From the NCBI GenBank assembly GCA_937927845.1, contig CALFXE010000200.1, forward strand, positions 106,047-170,046: a DNA stretch of 64,000 nucleotides. The letters run 5' to 3'. The position numbers and the translations under genes are program-made. Source of the DNA: an uncultured Paludibacter sp. (GTDB lineage: Bacteria; Bacteroidota; Bacteroidia; Bacteroidales; Paludibacteraceae). The notes under the pieces were generated by a model. The model was not told the DNA's origin. It saw nothing but the letters and a program-made list of their open reading frames with translations, and did no database searches. Of the stretch, positions 50,480 to 60,900 are shown piece by piece. Position 1 is the stretch's first letter. The number at the start of each line of letters is the position of its first letter.

Positions 50480-50503
50480 AATAAGGATCAATTTGTAAAT
50501 CAA

Positions 50504-51868
50504 TTATTTTGCAGGTCTCATTCTTCTAATTTTTATAGCCTTGTCTGTTTTTAAATCCTGAGATTTTAAATTTAATTTTTCCCGATTTATTTCTTTTTCT
50601 ATCCATTCTGTTTCACCAGCAAAAGCCAGTCTATCCCTATCAATTTCACCAAAAATCACTTTTTCTTCCTCAGTTGTCAGGTATAATTCTTCTTTATTTT
50701 CATCTTTAAATTTCATCATATCTGCCCATTTCATAAGCATTGTATGCGTATTTATGACCGTTCCATATTTAAAAACAACCATGCCCTTATATAGTAAAGG
50801 TATTACAGCGTTTTCTTTCAATAATGCTGCAGAAAGTCCGGTATATCTTGATAATAAATTGTAAATTTTATCGGTATACCCACCAAATGTTCTTTCTTTT
50901 AATAAATTGTCAATCGAGTTCAGGATACTCTGTTTATAAAAATCAGTGATAATGATATTCGGAGCTTTTTCACTTAAAATAACATCAAACTCCTTTCTCC
51001 ATCTTGGTATTACATACTCACGATCCTCAGTTATAGTGATTTTTGGCTGATCCGGTAACGTTTCCATATCCATTTCAAGAACGAGCATTTTGATTTTATT
51101 CCGACTTAAAATTTCCATATTATCCTGAAACTTCAATTTTAAAAGTTCTAAAAGACTGTTTTCATTAATGGCTTCTCCCTTATGCTCCAATACCACTTCC
51201 TCAATTACCATTTTTATTTTCCGGTCATAATTATTCGTTTCATTTCCTGCCATTAGCAGCTCGGCCAGTACCGCAAACATAAGTCCCAACATTAAATACA
51301 TTCCGTAAATTGTAAAAAGCATTACAATATTTACAAGCAAACTACCATTTGAATCGATCAATGAAAGAAAAAGGCATCCATAAGAGCCTGCTACCCATAA
51401 ACCCAAAGATTGTTTCATCTCCCGCTTACCGTATTTAATTAAGGGTATAGCAAAAGAGACACAAACAGGGACAACAAACCAAATGTTCAACCCTGTCTTT
51501 ATCAGGTCATTATTCATCGTTAAAAATGCAAACAGCCCGATAAAGGTTGCCAGCATAAAAGTTAAAGCGGTAATATAGAATTGCCTCCAAAAAGTCGAAT
51601 TACTTTCAAAATCTTTTAGAAATAGCGGTACTGCCAAAGCAAAACCTCCCAAACCGGCAACAATCTGTACAATACTCTGAATATCCGTCTTATTTACAGC
51701 GAAATCAACTTTTAAACAGAATATCAGAAACAGAACAAGACTGACCGTAATGGCCGAAGAAGCGTTACCGCTCCTGGAAGCACTCTCAGATACCTTAAAA
51801 TTTCTTTTACTTCCAGATGGTAGCTGGTTATGATTCCTTTCCTCATTATTAAATGGGTAGAATGACAT
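50504..51868 (-). CDS. Hypothetical membrane protein (N-terminal multi-TM, large soluble C-terminus)
   Basis: Long AT-rich ORF; ATG start taken at MSFYPF. Confidence 0.7.
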   Translation of the reverse strand: MSFYPFNNEERNHNQLPSGSKRNFKVSESASRSGNASSAITVSLVLFLIFCLKVDFAVNKTDIQSIVQIVAGLGGFALAVPLFLKDFESNSTFWRQFYITALTFMLATFIGLFAFLTMNNDLIKTGLNIWFVVPVCVSFAIPLIKYGKREMKQSLGLWVAGSYGCLFLSLIDSNGSLLVNIVMLFTIYGMYLMLGLMFAVLAELLMAGNETNNYDRKIKMVIEEVVLEHKGEAINENSLLELLKLKFQDNMEILSRNKIKMLVLEMDMETLPDQPKITITEDREYVIPRWRKEFDVILSEKAPNIIITDFYKQSILNSIDNLLKERTFGGYTDKIYNLLSRYTGLSAALLKENAVIPLLYKGMVVFKYGTVINTHTMLMKWADMMKFKDENKEELYLTTEEEKVIFGEIDRDRLAFAGETEWIEKEINREKLNLKSQDLKTDKAIKIRRMRPAK

Positions 51869-52059
51869 GAGAATTTTTATTTGGTGATGCGCAATAGTAA
51901 ATGTACGCAATTTACCATTAAACAAAATCCAATCTCTTTAAAAAATCACAAATCGCCATATATTCATTAATTTACTGGTATTCAAAAAGTAACCGGTTCT
52001 TGACTATCTCCATTACAATGGGGTGCATCAGGCATATCTTTATACTATCCCGGTCATTT

Positions 52060-52653
52060 TTAAGGCACGATCACCTGTCCGGTTCCTGCTCCGAACAGGC
52101 TTTTGCGGAAGCCTGCTTCCAAAGCTTTCATTGTAGTAGGTATCTCACCCGGAAAGAACGGGAAATATTGCGGTGAGTTTTCAATAACGGTTGGGCTTAC
52201 AGCATTGATGCGGATACCGTTTTCCAATTCAATGGCGGCAGCGCGAACAAAGGCTTCAACCGCTCCGTTAGCCGCAGAGGCATTGGCAAAATTGCGTTGA
52301 GGTTCTTTTGTTAAAGCTCCGGTTATAAGGGTAAAAGAGCCTTTGGGATTGATATAATGCTGTCCGATCAGTACCAGGTTTACCTGCCCCATCAGTTTTC
52401 CTTCTATTCCTTTCCGGAATTCTTGATCGGTCAGACGGCTCCAGGGACCTACAAACGTTGGTCCGGCCGTGCAGATAAGAGCATCAAAAGCACCAGCTTC
52501 CCGGTACATCTTTTCAATAGCAGCGACATCGGTGATATCGGTTGGAATAGCACCGCTATTGGTATTGACGGTAATAATGTCATGTTCTTCCTGAAAGGCT
52601 TCAGTAAGGTATTTCCCCATGGTGCCCGACGCACCTACGATAATAATTTTCAT
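52060..52653 (-). CDS. Short-chain dehydrogenase/reductase
   Basis: IIVGASGTMG Rossmann motif, KLMGQVNL, RINAVSP. Confidence 0.88.
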   Translation of the reverse strand: MKIIIVGASGTMGKYLTEAFQEEHDIITVNTNSGAIPTDITDVAAIEKMYREAGAFDALICTAGPTFVGPWSRLTDQEFRKGIEGKLMGQVNLVLIGQHYINPKGSFTLITGALTKEPQRNFANASAANGAVEAFVRAAAIELENGIRINAVSPTVIENSPQYFPFFPGEIPTTMKALEAGFRKSLFGAGTGQVIVP

Positions 52654-52668
52654 ATTTTATATATTAAG

Positions 52669-53307
52669 TTACACTTGTTTCCTGCCCACAAACCGGATGA
52701 CAGCACCCTTACCAATGTGGTAAAGCCCTTCTTCCAGCATTATTTCCTGTTCTTCCAGTATGGTTATGGCACAATGCTCAAAATCCTTTTGTATTTCATC
52801 CGTAGAAAACAGCATGCCCGCGTCTTTGGGTCCGCCTACTTTCGGATTGCTGCGCACAAGCTCCAGGTGGTTTTTACTGAATGCCTCCAAAATTATTGTT
52901 CCGCCGGGCTTGAGCCATTCCAGCAGTTTTTGATGCAATGCCGACTTTTTTGCTGCCGAAAAATGAGCATAGATAAGGGCAATCACATCGAACGATTCTT
53001 TTTCATAATGCAGCGCTTCCAGATCGCCAACGTGATAATTAAGGGATACACCGCATTCTGCGGCAAGCTGCAAGGCTTTGTTTTTTGCTTCCACACTCAG
53101 GTCAAGCGAGGTAACCTGCCACCCGGACCGGGCAGCAAATACTCCGTTACGTCCCTCACCATCGGCCGGCAGCAGGATATTTCCGGGCGTTAATTGAGCG
53201 AGCTGCTCTTTAAAAAAACGGTTGGGATTTTTGCCATAGGCATATTCCGGATCTTGGTACCTGCTGTTCCAGAATGTTCTGTATTCGTCATCAAATGATT
53301 CGTTCAT
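52669..53307 (-). CDS. Class I SAM-dependent methyltransferase (TehB/thiol-MT-like)
   Basis: FWNSRY..YAYG..PN, ADGEGRN, LKPGG. Confidence 0.88.
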   Translation of the reverse strand: MNESFDDEYRTFWNSRYQDPEYAYGKNPNRFFKEQLAQLTPGNILLPADGEGRNGVFAARSGWQVTSLDLSVEAKNKALQLAAECGVSLNYHVGDLEALHYEKESFDVIALIYAHFSAAKKSALHQKLLEWLKPGGTIILEAFSKNHLELVRSNPKVGGPKDAGMLFSTDEIQKDFEHCAITILEEQEIMLEEGLYHIGKGAVIRFVGRKQV

Positions 53308-53318
53308 TGCCGGTCGTT

Positions 53319-54329
53319 TTAAAATTGTTCCATTATCATTTTCCGGCTTAATCCCATCCCGACAGCTGTTCCCGTTGCTACGGCATTGGCCACTGTCCGC
53401 ATACGGGAAGCATTATCCCCGCAGGCATAAATTCCGCTGACGGTTGTTTCCTGTGAAGCATCGGTTTTCAGATAGCCTTCTTCCGTTAATTCGCATCCCA
53501 GCATTTCCGGTATGCCGCAATGCTGTTCAAACGGACTCCGGATATACAGGACATCGACTGCTTTCTTTGAATGGTCTGCAAATACCACATTTCGTACCTG
53601 ACCGTTAGTATGCTCCAATGCCACAAGCTCCTTTTCTTCAATGCTGATACCGTGTTGTGCAAGCTTGTCCCGTTGTATTCCGGTAAATGTTGCCGCTCCG
53701 TTTGTAAATACGGTCAGCTCTTTTGTCCAGTTGGCAATGAGTTTTGCCTGTTCGAAGGCCACTTCCCCATTCCCGATTATGCCCGTTTTCCGGTTTCGCA
53801 CTTCATATCCGTGGCAGTAGGGACAATGCAGTACCGATATGCCCCAGCTTTCGGCTATTCCTTTAATCGCAGGCAATACATCCCGAATACCGGTTGCAAA
53901 AATCAACTGGCTGGCCTGCCATATTTCCCCGGATTCCGTTTGTATGCTGAAACCGTTTGCCTTCTTCTCCCCGCTTACCGCTTTACCGGCAACAAATGAA
54001 ACGGTATCGTACACTGCCACCTGTTGTTTTGCTATTGCTGCAATTTCTTTTGGTGTCCGTCCGTCCTGTGTCAGGAAATTATGGGAATGCGGCGTTTGCC
54101 GGTTACATGGCAAACCGCTGTCGATCACCAAAACATTTTTCAGGGCTCTGCCCAAAGCCATCGCTGCGGCTAATCCGGAATAGCTTCCGCCTATGATGAT
54201 CACATCAAAAACACTGTTCTTTTTCATCGTATTATTTTTTAAGTCAACATGTATGTTTACTGGCAATGCCATAGCTGCAAAAGCAAATCCGCTTTTTTGC
54301 AGAAAAGTCCGTCGTGAAAACACCGCCAT
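53319..54329 (-). CDS. NAD(P)/FAD-dependent oxidoreductase (class II thioredoxin reductase-like, CPYC)
   Basis: IIGGSYSG, FATG, HCPYCHGYE, GIYACGD; N-terminal SRRTFL twin-arginine-like leader. Confidence 0.88.
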   Translation of the reverse strand: MAVFSRRTFLQKSGFAFAAMALPVNIHVDLKNNTMKKNSVFDVIIIGGSYSGLAAAMALGRALKNVLVIDSGLPCNRQTPHSHNFLTQDGRTPKEIAAIAKQQVAVYDTVSFVAGKAVSGEKKANGFSIQTESGEIWQASQLIFATGIRDVLPAIKGIAESWGISVLHCPYCHGYEVRNRKTGIIGNGEVAFEQAKLIANWTKELTVFTNGAATFTGIQRDKLAQHGISIEEKELVALEHTNGQVRNVVFADHSKKAVDVLYIRSPFEQHCGIPEMLGCELTEEGYLKTDASQETTVSGIYACGDNASRMRTVANAVATGTAVGMGLSRKMIMEQF

Positions 54330-54335
54330 CCGTTT

Positions 54336-54560
54336 TTAAGTGTTCTTCTTTCCGGATGCGATCCGGCCGATGATAAAATCCACTAGCGGTACACCCAGAA
54401 AAATAATCCAGGGAACCAGAATTATCGTCAGGATAAGTGTTCGCTGGTACAAAGGCAAACCGGCCATTGCGCCGTTAAACAGGTACAGAAATAAGGTGAT
54501 GGACGGGTAAATGACTATCCAGATTTTTAAGGCAGTCTGGAACCGGACTTTTGTTTTCAT
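54336..54560 (-). CDS. Small two-TM membrane protein
   Basis: WIVIYPSITL..LP...RTLILT..LVP; first gene of the operon. Confidence 0.7.
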   Translation of the reverse strand: MKTKVRFQTALKIWIVIYPSITLFLYLFNGAMAGLPLYQRTLILTIILVPWIIFLGVPLVDFIIGRIASGKKNT

Positions 54561-54594
54561 ATCGCATTACTTTTGTCTGAAACATTTTCTATGA

Positions 54595-54650
54595 CAAAGG
54601 TATCCTGATTGAAAAGTGCTGTTATAGGATAAAAATGAAGTTGTATAGGA
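54595..54650 (-). promoter_or_regulatory. Promoter with putative AraC-family operator
   Basis: -7 TACCTTTG (54602-54595); direct repeats tatagga at 54623 and 54644, 21 bp apart. Confidence 0.55.
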
Positions 54651-54651
54651 C

Positions 54652-55515
54652 TTATTTAAAATGCTGCCGGAAAGCATCCGGTGTGTAACCGGTTTGTTTT
54701 TTAAAGAAACGGATAAAATAGGATACATCCTCATATCCCAGTTCCCAGGCGATCTGGTGGATCAAACCGGAAGTTGCCAGCAAGTTTCGTCTGGCTTCCA
54801 GAATAATATAATCGTTGATTACTTCCGAGCAGGTTTTGTTCTGCGTCGCTTTCGTAATCCCATTCAGCTGATAGGCTGTAAGGTTAAGTTTTCCGGCATA
54901 ATACGAAACCTGTTTCTGTTCCGCAATGTGAACGGCAAGCAGTTCCTGCAGTTCTTCAAACCGTTCCTGCTGGTATTCGCTGCCTTCGTTTGAGGATTTT
55001 TGAGGATTTTTGCTTTGCCGCAGCAATTCAATAAAAAAGATATCCAGATTGGACCGTATGACTGCTTCATAACGTTCTTCTTTTTTATGGTATTCTTCTA
55101 AAATATTGGCAAGGACCGCCAGTAGTTTTGTAAAGCTGCCGGCAGTAATCGAGCAGTAATTTTTCGCGCTGACTTTTCTTAAAACCTGGCTGGCCGATTT
55201 TTCAAGCGGTACATAAAAGTCCGGAGTAAATCCGATTAAATAACCCGAACTTCCGCTTTTTAAAACCAGCTGATGCACCTGTCCCGGACGCATAAAAAAG
55301 ACCGTTTGTTTCCCGATCGGATAGTCTACAAAGTCAATACTGTGCATGCCTTCTCCTTTTTCAAGAACCAGGATATAAAAGAAACTATGACGGTGAAGTT
55401 CCTGCACCATATCGCTGCCGGACAACAATGTGGCAACATCCCGAATGTTGAAACCTTCGGAAAAATGCGGTTCATTGATCACGGCACCAAGATGTCTGAC
55501 AGGAATGTTCTTCAC
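54652..55515 (-). CDS. AraC family transcriptional regulator
   Basis: Cupin HRHSFF..GQVH; C-terminal IAWELGYEDVSYFIRFFKKQTGYTP. Confidence 0.93.
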   Translation of the reverse strand: MKNIPVRHLGAVINEPHFSEGFNIRDVATLLSGSDMVQELHRHSFFYILVLEKGEGMHSIDFVDYPIGKQTVFFMRPGQVHQLVLKSGSSGYLIGFTPDFYVPLEKSASQVLRKVSAKNYCSITAGSFTKLLAVLANILEEYHKKEERYEAVIRSNLDIFFIELLRQSKNPQKSSNEGSEYQQERFEELQELLAVHIAEQKQVSYYAGKLNLTAYQLNGITKATQNKTCSEVINDYIILEARRNLLATSGLIHQIAWELGYEDVSYFIRFFKKQTGYTPDAFRQHFK

Positions 55516-55518
55516 TTT

Positions 55519-55836
55519 TTATAGTTTATGCTTAAGCCCAAATGTAATGATTTCATCAATAATGGGCAGTAATTCCTTTCCCAAAGGTGTTAAGGTATAT
55601 TCCACCCGCGGCGGAATTTCCGGATAAGCCTTTTTGCTGACGATTCCTTTTTCACACAGATATTTCAGCTGATTGATCAGCATTTTCTCGCTGATTCCAA
55701 CAATACAGCGCTTTAGTTCTCCATAGCGGATGGTTCTGGAATTGATCTGAAAGATAATCAGCATTGTCCATTTTCCACCGATGATCTCGAGCGTTTTTCG
55801 CAACGGGCAGTTTTCATCCGAAATATTTATTTCCAT
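55519..55836 (-). CDS. HxlR/DUF24 family redox-sensing winged-helix regulator
   Basis: N-terminal CP, IGGKW, ISEKML, YPEIPPRVEYTLT. Confidence 0.93.
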   Translation of the reverse strand: MEINISDENCPLRKTLEIIGGKWTMLIIFQINSRTIRYGELKRCIVGISEKMLINQLKYLCEKGIVSKKAYPEIPPRVEYTLTPLGKELLPIIDEIITFGLKHKL

Positions 55837-55863
55837 TTTATACTATTGATAATCAGTATTTTT

Positions 55864-55898
55864 TTACTTTTGGTAAGTACCCTACTTTTTTGTAAGTA
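55864..55898. promoter_or_regulatory. Putative HxlR/DUF24 operator boxes in a divergent promoter
   Basis: TACT-N7-AGTA / TTAC-N5-GTAA at 55864-55879 and a second TACTT-N6-AAGTA at 55883-55898. Confidence 0.6.
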
Positions 55899-55962
55899 CT
55901 TGTCCAGATGAAAGCAAATATAGAAATTTGTCCGGTATTGTTAACCCCTAAAAATATATCTT

Positions 55963-56367
55963 ATGTCAAAAAATGTAACAATTGTCCGGTCTTATTTTAC
56001 TGCGGTTTCAAAAGGCGATTTTGATACTGTAGGCGCGTTGCTGTCGGACGATGTGGTATGGCATCAGCCTGGAAAAGGCATACAGTCCGGAACATACAGC
56101 GGTAAAGCTGAGCTGTTTGCCCATCTTGGAAATTTTGTCAAATGGAGCAACGGTACTTTTGCCATAGATCATGTGGACTATCTTGCAGACAATGGCGAAC
56201 TGGTTACGGCGGCGATTCACTTTAAAGCCGAAAAAAACGGGCAATCCCTTGCCATGAAAGGTGTTGATCTATTGCGGATTGAAGGTGATGTCATTAAAGA
56301 AGTCTGGTTGTTTTCTGAAAGAATTGAAGAAGAAGATGCTTTCTGGAACAGTGCTTCCGCCAGCTAA
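55963..56367 (+). CDS. SnoaL/NTF2-like protein
   Basis: V..YF.A...GD......L.DDVVWH.PG...SG...G; DAFW C-terminus. Confidence 0.85.
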   Translation: MSKNVTIVRSYFTAVSKGDFDTVGALLSDDVVWHQPGKGIQSGTYSGKAELFAHLGNFVKWSNGTFAIDHVDYLADNGELVTAAIHFKAEKNGQSLAMKGVDLLRIEGDVIKEVWLFSERIEEEDAFWNSASAS

Positions 56368-56424
56368 TCCGGATAACCTGTAGAAACAGAAGACCGGTAT
56401 TGCAAAAGCGATACTTCCTGAAAT

Positions 56425-56462
56425 TAAAAAAGCCTTCAAAGAAATACTTTGAAGGCTTTTTA
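56425..56462. terminator. Bidirectional intrinsic terminator
   Basis: aaaaaagccttcaaag-aaata-ctttgaaggcttttt. Confidence 0.85.
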
Positions 56463-56495
56463 TATACTACGCTCTGATTTTTCAGACAGCAGTGC

Positions 56496-57935
56496 TTAAT
56501 TCCATCCGCCACCCAATGCCCGGTAAATGTTAACCATGGCATTCATCTGCTTCATTTTGGTTTCTATAAGTTCAAATTTCGATTCCAAAGCGTCACGCTG
56601 GGTCATTAAAACTTCCATATAGTCCGCTCTTGCCGAACCGAACAGATCGTTTGAAATTTCAATGGACTGGTTCAGCGCTTCTACCTGTTTGGATTTTAAA
56701 TCAAACATTTTTTCGGTATTCTGAATCTTAGCCAGCTGGTTCGCAACCTCCACATAAGCATTTAAAATAGTACGCTCATAGTTGTAAACCGCCTGAATCT
56801 GCTTTGCATTAGCGGTATAATAAGTCGCTTTTATCGCATTTCTGTTGATTAACGGCGCGGCAATATCACCTGCTAAAGAGTAAAGCAATGATTCCGGTTT
56901 TATCAGGTAACTTGGGTTAAATGCCTGGTACCCGATTCCGGCCGAAATTCCCAATGAAGGATAGAATCTCGCTTTGGCTACTTTTACATCAAGTTTGGCC
57001 GCTGCCAGTTCCAGTTCGGCCTGTTTTACATCCGGACGGTTTTCCAGTAACTGCGACGGTAGTCCGGCATGCGTAACCGCAGGTGTCAGATTGCTGAACG
57101 TCACGGAACTTCTTTCAACCGGCTGCGGGAATCTGCCCACCAGGAAGTTGATCCTGTTTTCCGTTTCCGTAATTTTTTGCTGAATGGTATATTGTAAGCC
57201 TTTGGTATTCAAAACCTGTGCTTCAAATCTGCGGACAGCCAGTTCGTTTACTCTGGCAGCCAGTTTTTGCAGTTTTACAATTTCCAATGCATTGGTCTGA
57301 ATATCAATATTCTGTTTTACAATAGCCAGCTGGTTATCCAAAGCCAATAATTCATAATAGGAATTCGCGATTTCGGCAATCATGTTTGTTACCGTGAAGT
57401 TTTTACCTTCAACGGAAGACAGGTATCGGCTTACGGCTGCTTTTTTAGCATTGTGCAGCTTGTTCCAGATATCGATTTCCCAGGTAGCATAAGCGCCTAC
57501 TGCATAATCCTGTAACGGCTCCGGCATTTCTTTACCCGGTTTGATCTCGGTATTGGCTTCAAGGGCACCAATGTTTGTGAAACGGCCCACTTTATCAAAA
57601 CCGGCAGAACCTTTAAGTCCTACAAACGGTAAATACTCTCCTTTTCGGGCTCTGATTTCGTTTCTGCTGATCTCGATTTCCTGCAGGGTAACATTCAGTT
57701 CCTGGTTTTTCACCAGTGCCGTGTCAATAAGTGCTATCAGGTATTTATCTGTAAAATATTCCTTCCACTTCATTTTACCGGTATTCACACTATCCTGTGC
57801 TGCGGTGCTGTTATAGGCTGCCGGAACCGTTTTGTTTTCCGGTCTTCCCAATGTTGCAGGGGCTTTACACCCCGCAACAGTTAGTAGTAAACAGCTTACG
57901 CCTATACCAATATATATATTTAATCGCTTACTCAT
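56496..57935 (-). CDS. TolC/NodT family outer-membrane efflux lipoprotein
   Basis: VAG-C lipobox, WEIDIW, LLENRPDV, YRALGGGW. Confidence 0.93.
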   Translation of the reverse strand: MSKRLNIYIGIGVSCLLLTVAGCKAPATLGRPENKTVPAAYNSTAAQDSVNTGKMKWKEYFTDKYLIALIDTALVKNQELNVTLQEIEISRNEIRARKGEYLPFVGLKGSAGFDKVGRFTNIGALEANTEIKPGKEMPEPLQDYAVGAYATWEIDIWNKLHNAKKAAVSRYLSSVEGKNFTVTNMIAEIANSYYELLALDNQLAIVKQNIDIQTNALEIVKLQKLAARVNELAVRRFEAQVLNTKGLQYTIQQKITETENRINFLVGRFPQPVERSSVTFSNLTPAVTHAGLPSQLLENRPDVKQAELELAAAKLDVKVAKARFYPSLGISAGIGYQAFNPSYLIKPESLLYSLAGDIAAPLINRNAIKATYYTANAKQIQAVYNYERTILNAYVEVANQLAKIQNTEKMFDLKSKQVEALNQSIEISNDLFGSARADYMEVLMTQRDALESKFELIETKMKQMNAMVNIYRALGGGWN

Positions 57936-60900
57936 TTTCTTCTTCTTTTGTAAAGTTATCTATCTGATGCACAAATTCCTGTGATAAAGAACTGTCTTCT
58001 TCATCCCGTATTAATTTTCTGCCATCGGCAAATGAGCCAAAAATATAATACAGTCCCGGTACGATAATTACCCCGAAAATTGTTCCGAAAAGCATACCAC
58101 CCAGTGCCGCAGAACCAAGTGTTCTGTTACCGATAGCTCCGGCTCCGCTTGCGACCATCAACGGAATTAATCCGGCGATAAAGGCAAATGAAGTCATCAG
58201 GATCGGACGGAAACGCACTTTGGCCCCTTCAATCGCCGCTTCGAGTATCGTGGCACCTTCATGGTGCTTCTGGACGGCAAATTCGACGATCAGTACGGCG
58301 TTCTTACCGAGCAGTCCGACAAGCATGATAAGCCCGATCTGAGCATAAATATCATTTTGAAGTCCCATAAGTTTCAGCAGTAAAAACGAACCGAAAACCC
58401 CAACCGGAAGCGAGAAAACCACCGCTAACGGAATAATAAAGCTTTCGTACTGTGCCGCTAAAACAAAGTACACAAACGACAATACAATTAAAAAGATGTA
58501 AATCGATTCATTTCCTTTACCCGCTTCGTCATAAGAAAGTCCTTCCCAGGCAATGTCATAACCTTTTGGCAATGATTTTTTAGCAACCTCACGAACTGCC
58601 TGAATGGCTTCAGCTGTAGTATAACCTTTTGCCGGAAGTCCCTGTATCGCTGCCGAGTTGTACATATTATAACGGGTAATCTCATTAGGTCCCTGTGTTT
58701 TTTTCAATCGCATAAATGCCGAATACGGTACCATTTCGCCATGATCGTTTTTAATATACAGGTTTAAGATATCCGACGGAAGTCTTCTGAACTTAGGATC
58801 CGACTGCACGTATACTTTAAAGAAACGTTCAAATTTAATGAATCCCTGTTCGTAAGTACTACCAATCAGAATGTCAAGGTTTTCCATCGCTTTACCGATA
58901 GACACTCCTTTTTGCATGGCCAGCTGGTTGTCTATTTCCAGTTCATACTGAGGATAGTTTGCCGCGAAGAACGTGAACAGACCGGTTAACTCTTTGCGTT
59001 TACCCAAGTCTTCCATGAACTGTTTGTTCACTTTATCGAAGTCTTTATAGTCTACCGTAGTACTCTTATCCAGAAGACGCATCGAGAAACCGCCCGAAGA
59101 ACCAAATCCCGGAATTGCCGGCGGTTCGAAAAATTCTATTTTCGCACCAAGTCCTTTGGTTTTTTCTTCCAGTTCCTCCATGATTTCAGTAACCGTATGA
59201 TCCCTGTCTGACCATTCTTTAAGGTTAATAAGACAGGTACCGGCATTGGATCCCCTACCTTCTGTCATGATCTCATAACCGGCAAGAGAAGATACTGATT
59301 CTACACCATCTACATGCTCACAAATTTTCTGTAATCGCTGCGATACCTGATTGGTTGTTTCCAGTGTCGATCCCGGCGGTGTCTGAATAATGGCATAAAT
59401 AGTACCCTGATCCTCACTTGGAATAAATCCGGACGGAAGAATCTTATTCACATAGAAAGTACCTGCACAGAATGCAATCAATACTCCGAATGTCAGCCAT
59501 CTTCTGCTCACGATCGATTTCAGTAAGGTTACATATTTTCCGGTCATTTTATCAAAGACACGGTTAAAACTGTCCAGACCTTTCGTCAATAAATTCTTTT
59601 TGGTTTCTTTTCCATGGTTGTTTTTCAGCAACATGGCACACAATACCGGTGTAAGGGTAAGCGCAATCAAGGCCGAAATAACAATTGAACTGGCCATCGT
59701 AATAGAGAACTGGCGGTAGAACGTTCCTACCGGACCGGACATAAAGGATATCGGTACGAATACAGACACCATTACGGCAGTAATCGCGATAATTGCCCCA
59801 CTAATTTCACCCAACACTTTTTTAACAGCCTGGTATGGCGTTATGTGCGGGTATTCTTCAAATTTGGCATGCACTGCCTCGACGACGACTATCGCATCAT
59901 CGACCACAATACCAATGGCCAGTACCAATGCAAACAGTGTCACCAGGTTGATCGAGATTCCGAAAAACTGGATGACAAAGAAGGCACCGATTAAGGAAAC
60001 CGGAACCGCTAATATCGGGATCAGCGTGGAACGCCAGTCACCGAGGAAGATAAATACCACCAGGGCAACCAGTATAAAGGCATCTCTTAAGGTATCGATT
60101 ACCTGCTCCATAGAGGCATCCAGGAATTTCGATACGTCATAACTGATTTTATAATCCAGTCCCGGAGGGAAGGTTTCTTTCATTTCCTCCAGTTTGGCTT
60201 TTACCTGTTTGATGACATCGTTTGCATTACTTCCGTAGTTTTGTTTTAATACGATTGAGGCAGAAGGGTGTCCGTCTAAATTGGAATAGATATCGAAGAA
60301 TTCACTACCCAGTTCTGCCCTTCCGATATCTTTCAGACGTATGCTTTCTCCTTCGGCATTAGCACGGATAATTACATTTTCATATTCCGAAGGTTCACTA
60401 TATCGTCCTTTATAGGTTAAAACATATTCCAGCGATTGTGCCTGGATACCGGAACTCTGCCCGATACGTCCCGGACGACCAACGATACTCTGCTCGCCGA
60501 GCGCCTTCATCACTTCATCTACAGAAACATTATAAGCTCTCATACGGTCCGGATTCAGCCAGATACGCATTGCATAGGTTCTACTACCCAATATCTGAGA
60601 CCGGGCTACCCCTTTGATCCTGTTGATCTCCGGAAGCATTTTAACGTTGGCATAGTTGTACAGGAATTTTTCATCCATGTTTTTGCCTTTAGCATACAGG
60701 TTGATATACATCAGCATACTGGGCTGGATCGGTGTAATAACAACCCCTTCCCTTTGTACCAGTTCGGGTAGTAACGGCATTACCTGATCCACCCTTGTTT
60801 TGACCCTTACTACCGCCTGGTTCGGGTCGGTACCCGGTTCGAAAATGATTCTTAATGTGGCTTCCCCTGCACTGGTGGCATCGGTAGCCATATAACGCAT

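Noticed and set aside
52357-53193. 278-aa ORF on the + strand
   Set aside because: Antisense shadow of the well-supported SDR and methyltransferase genes; no recognisable motifs
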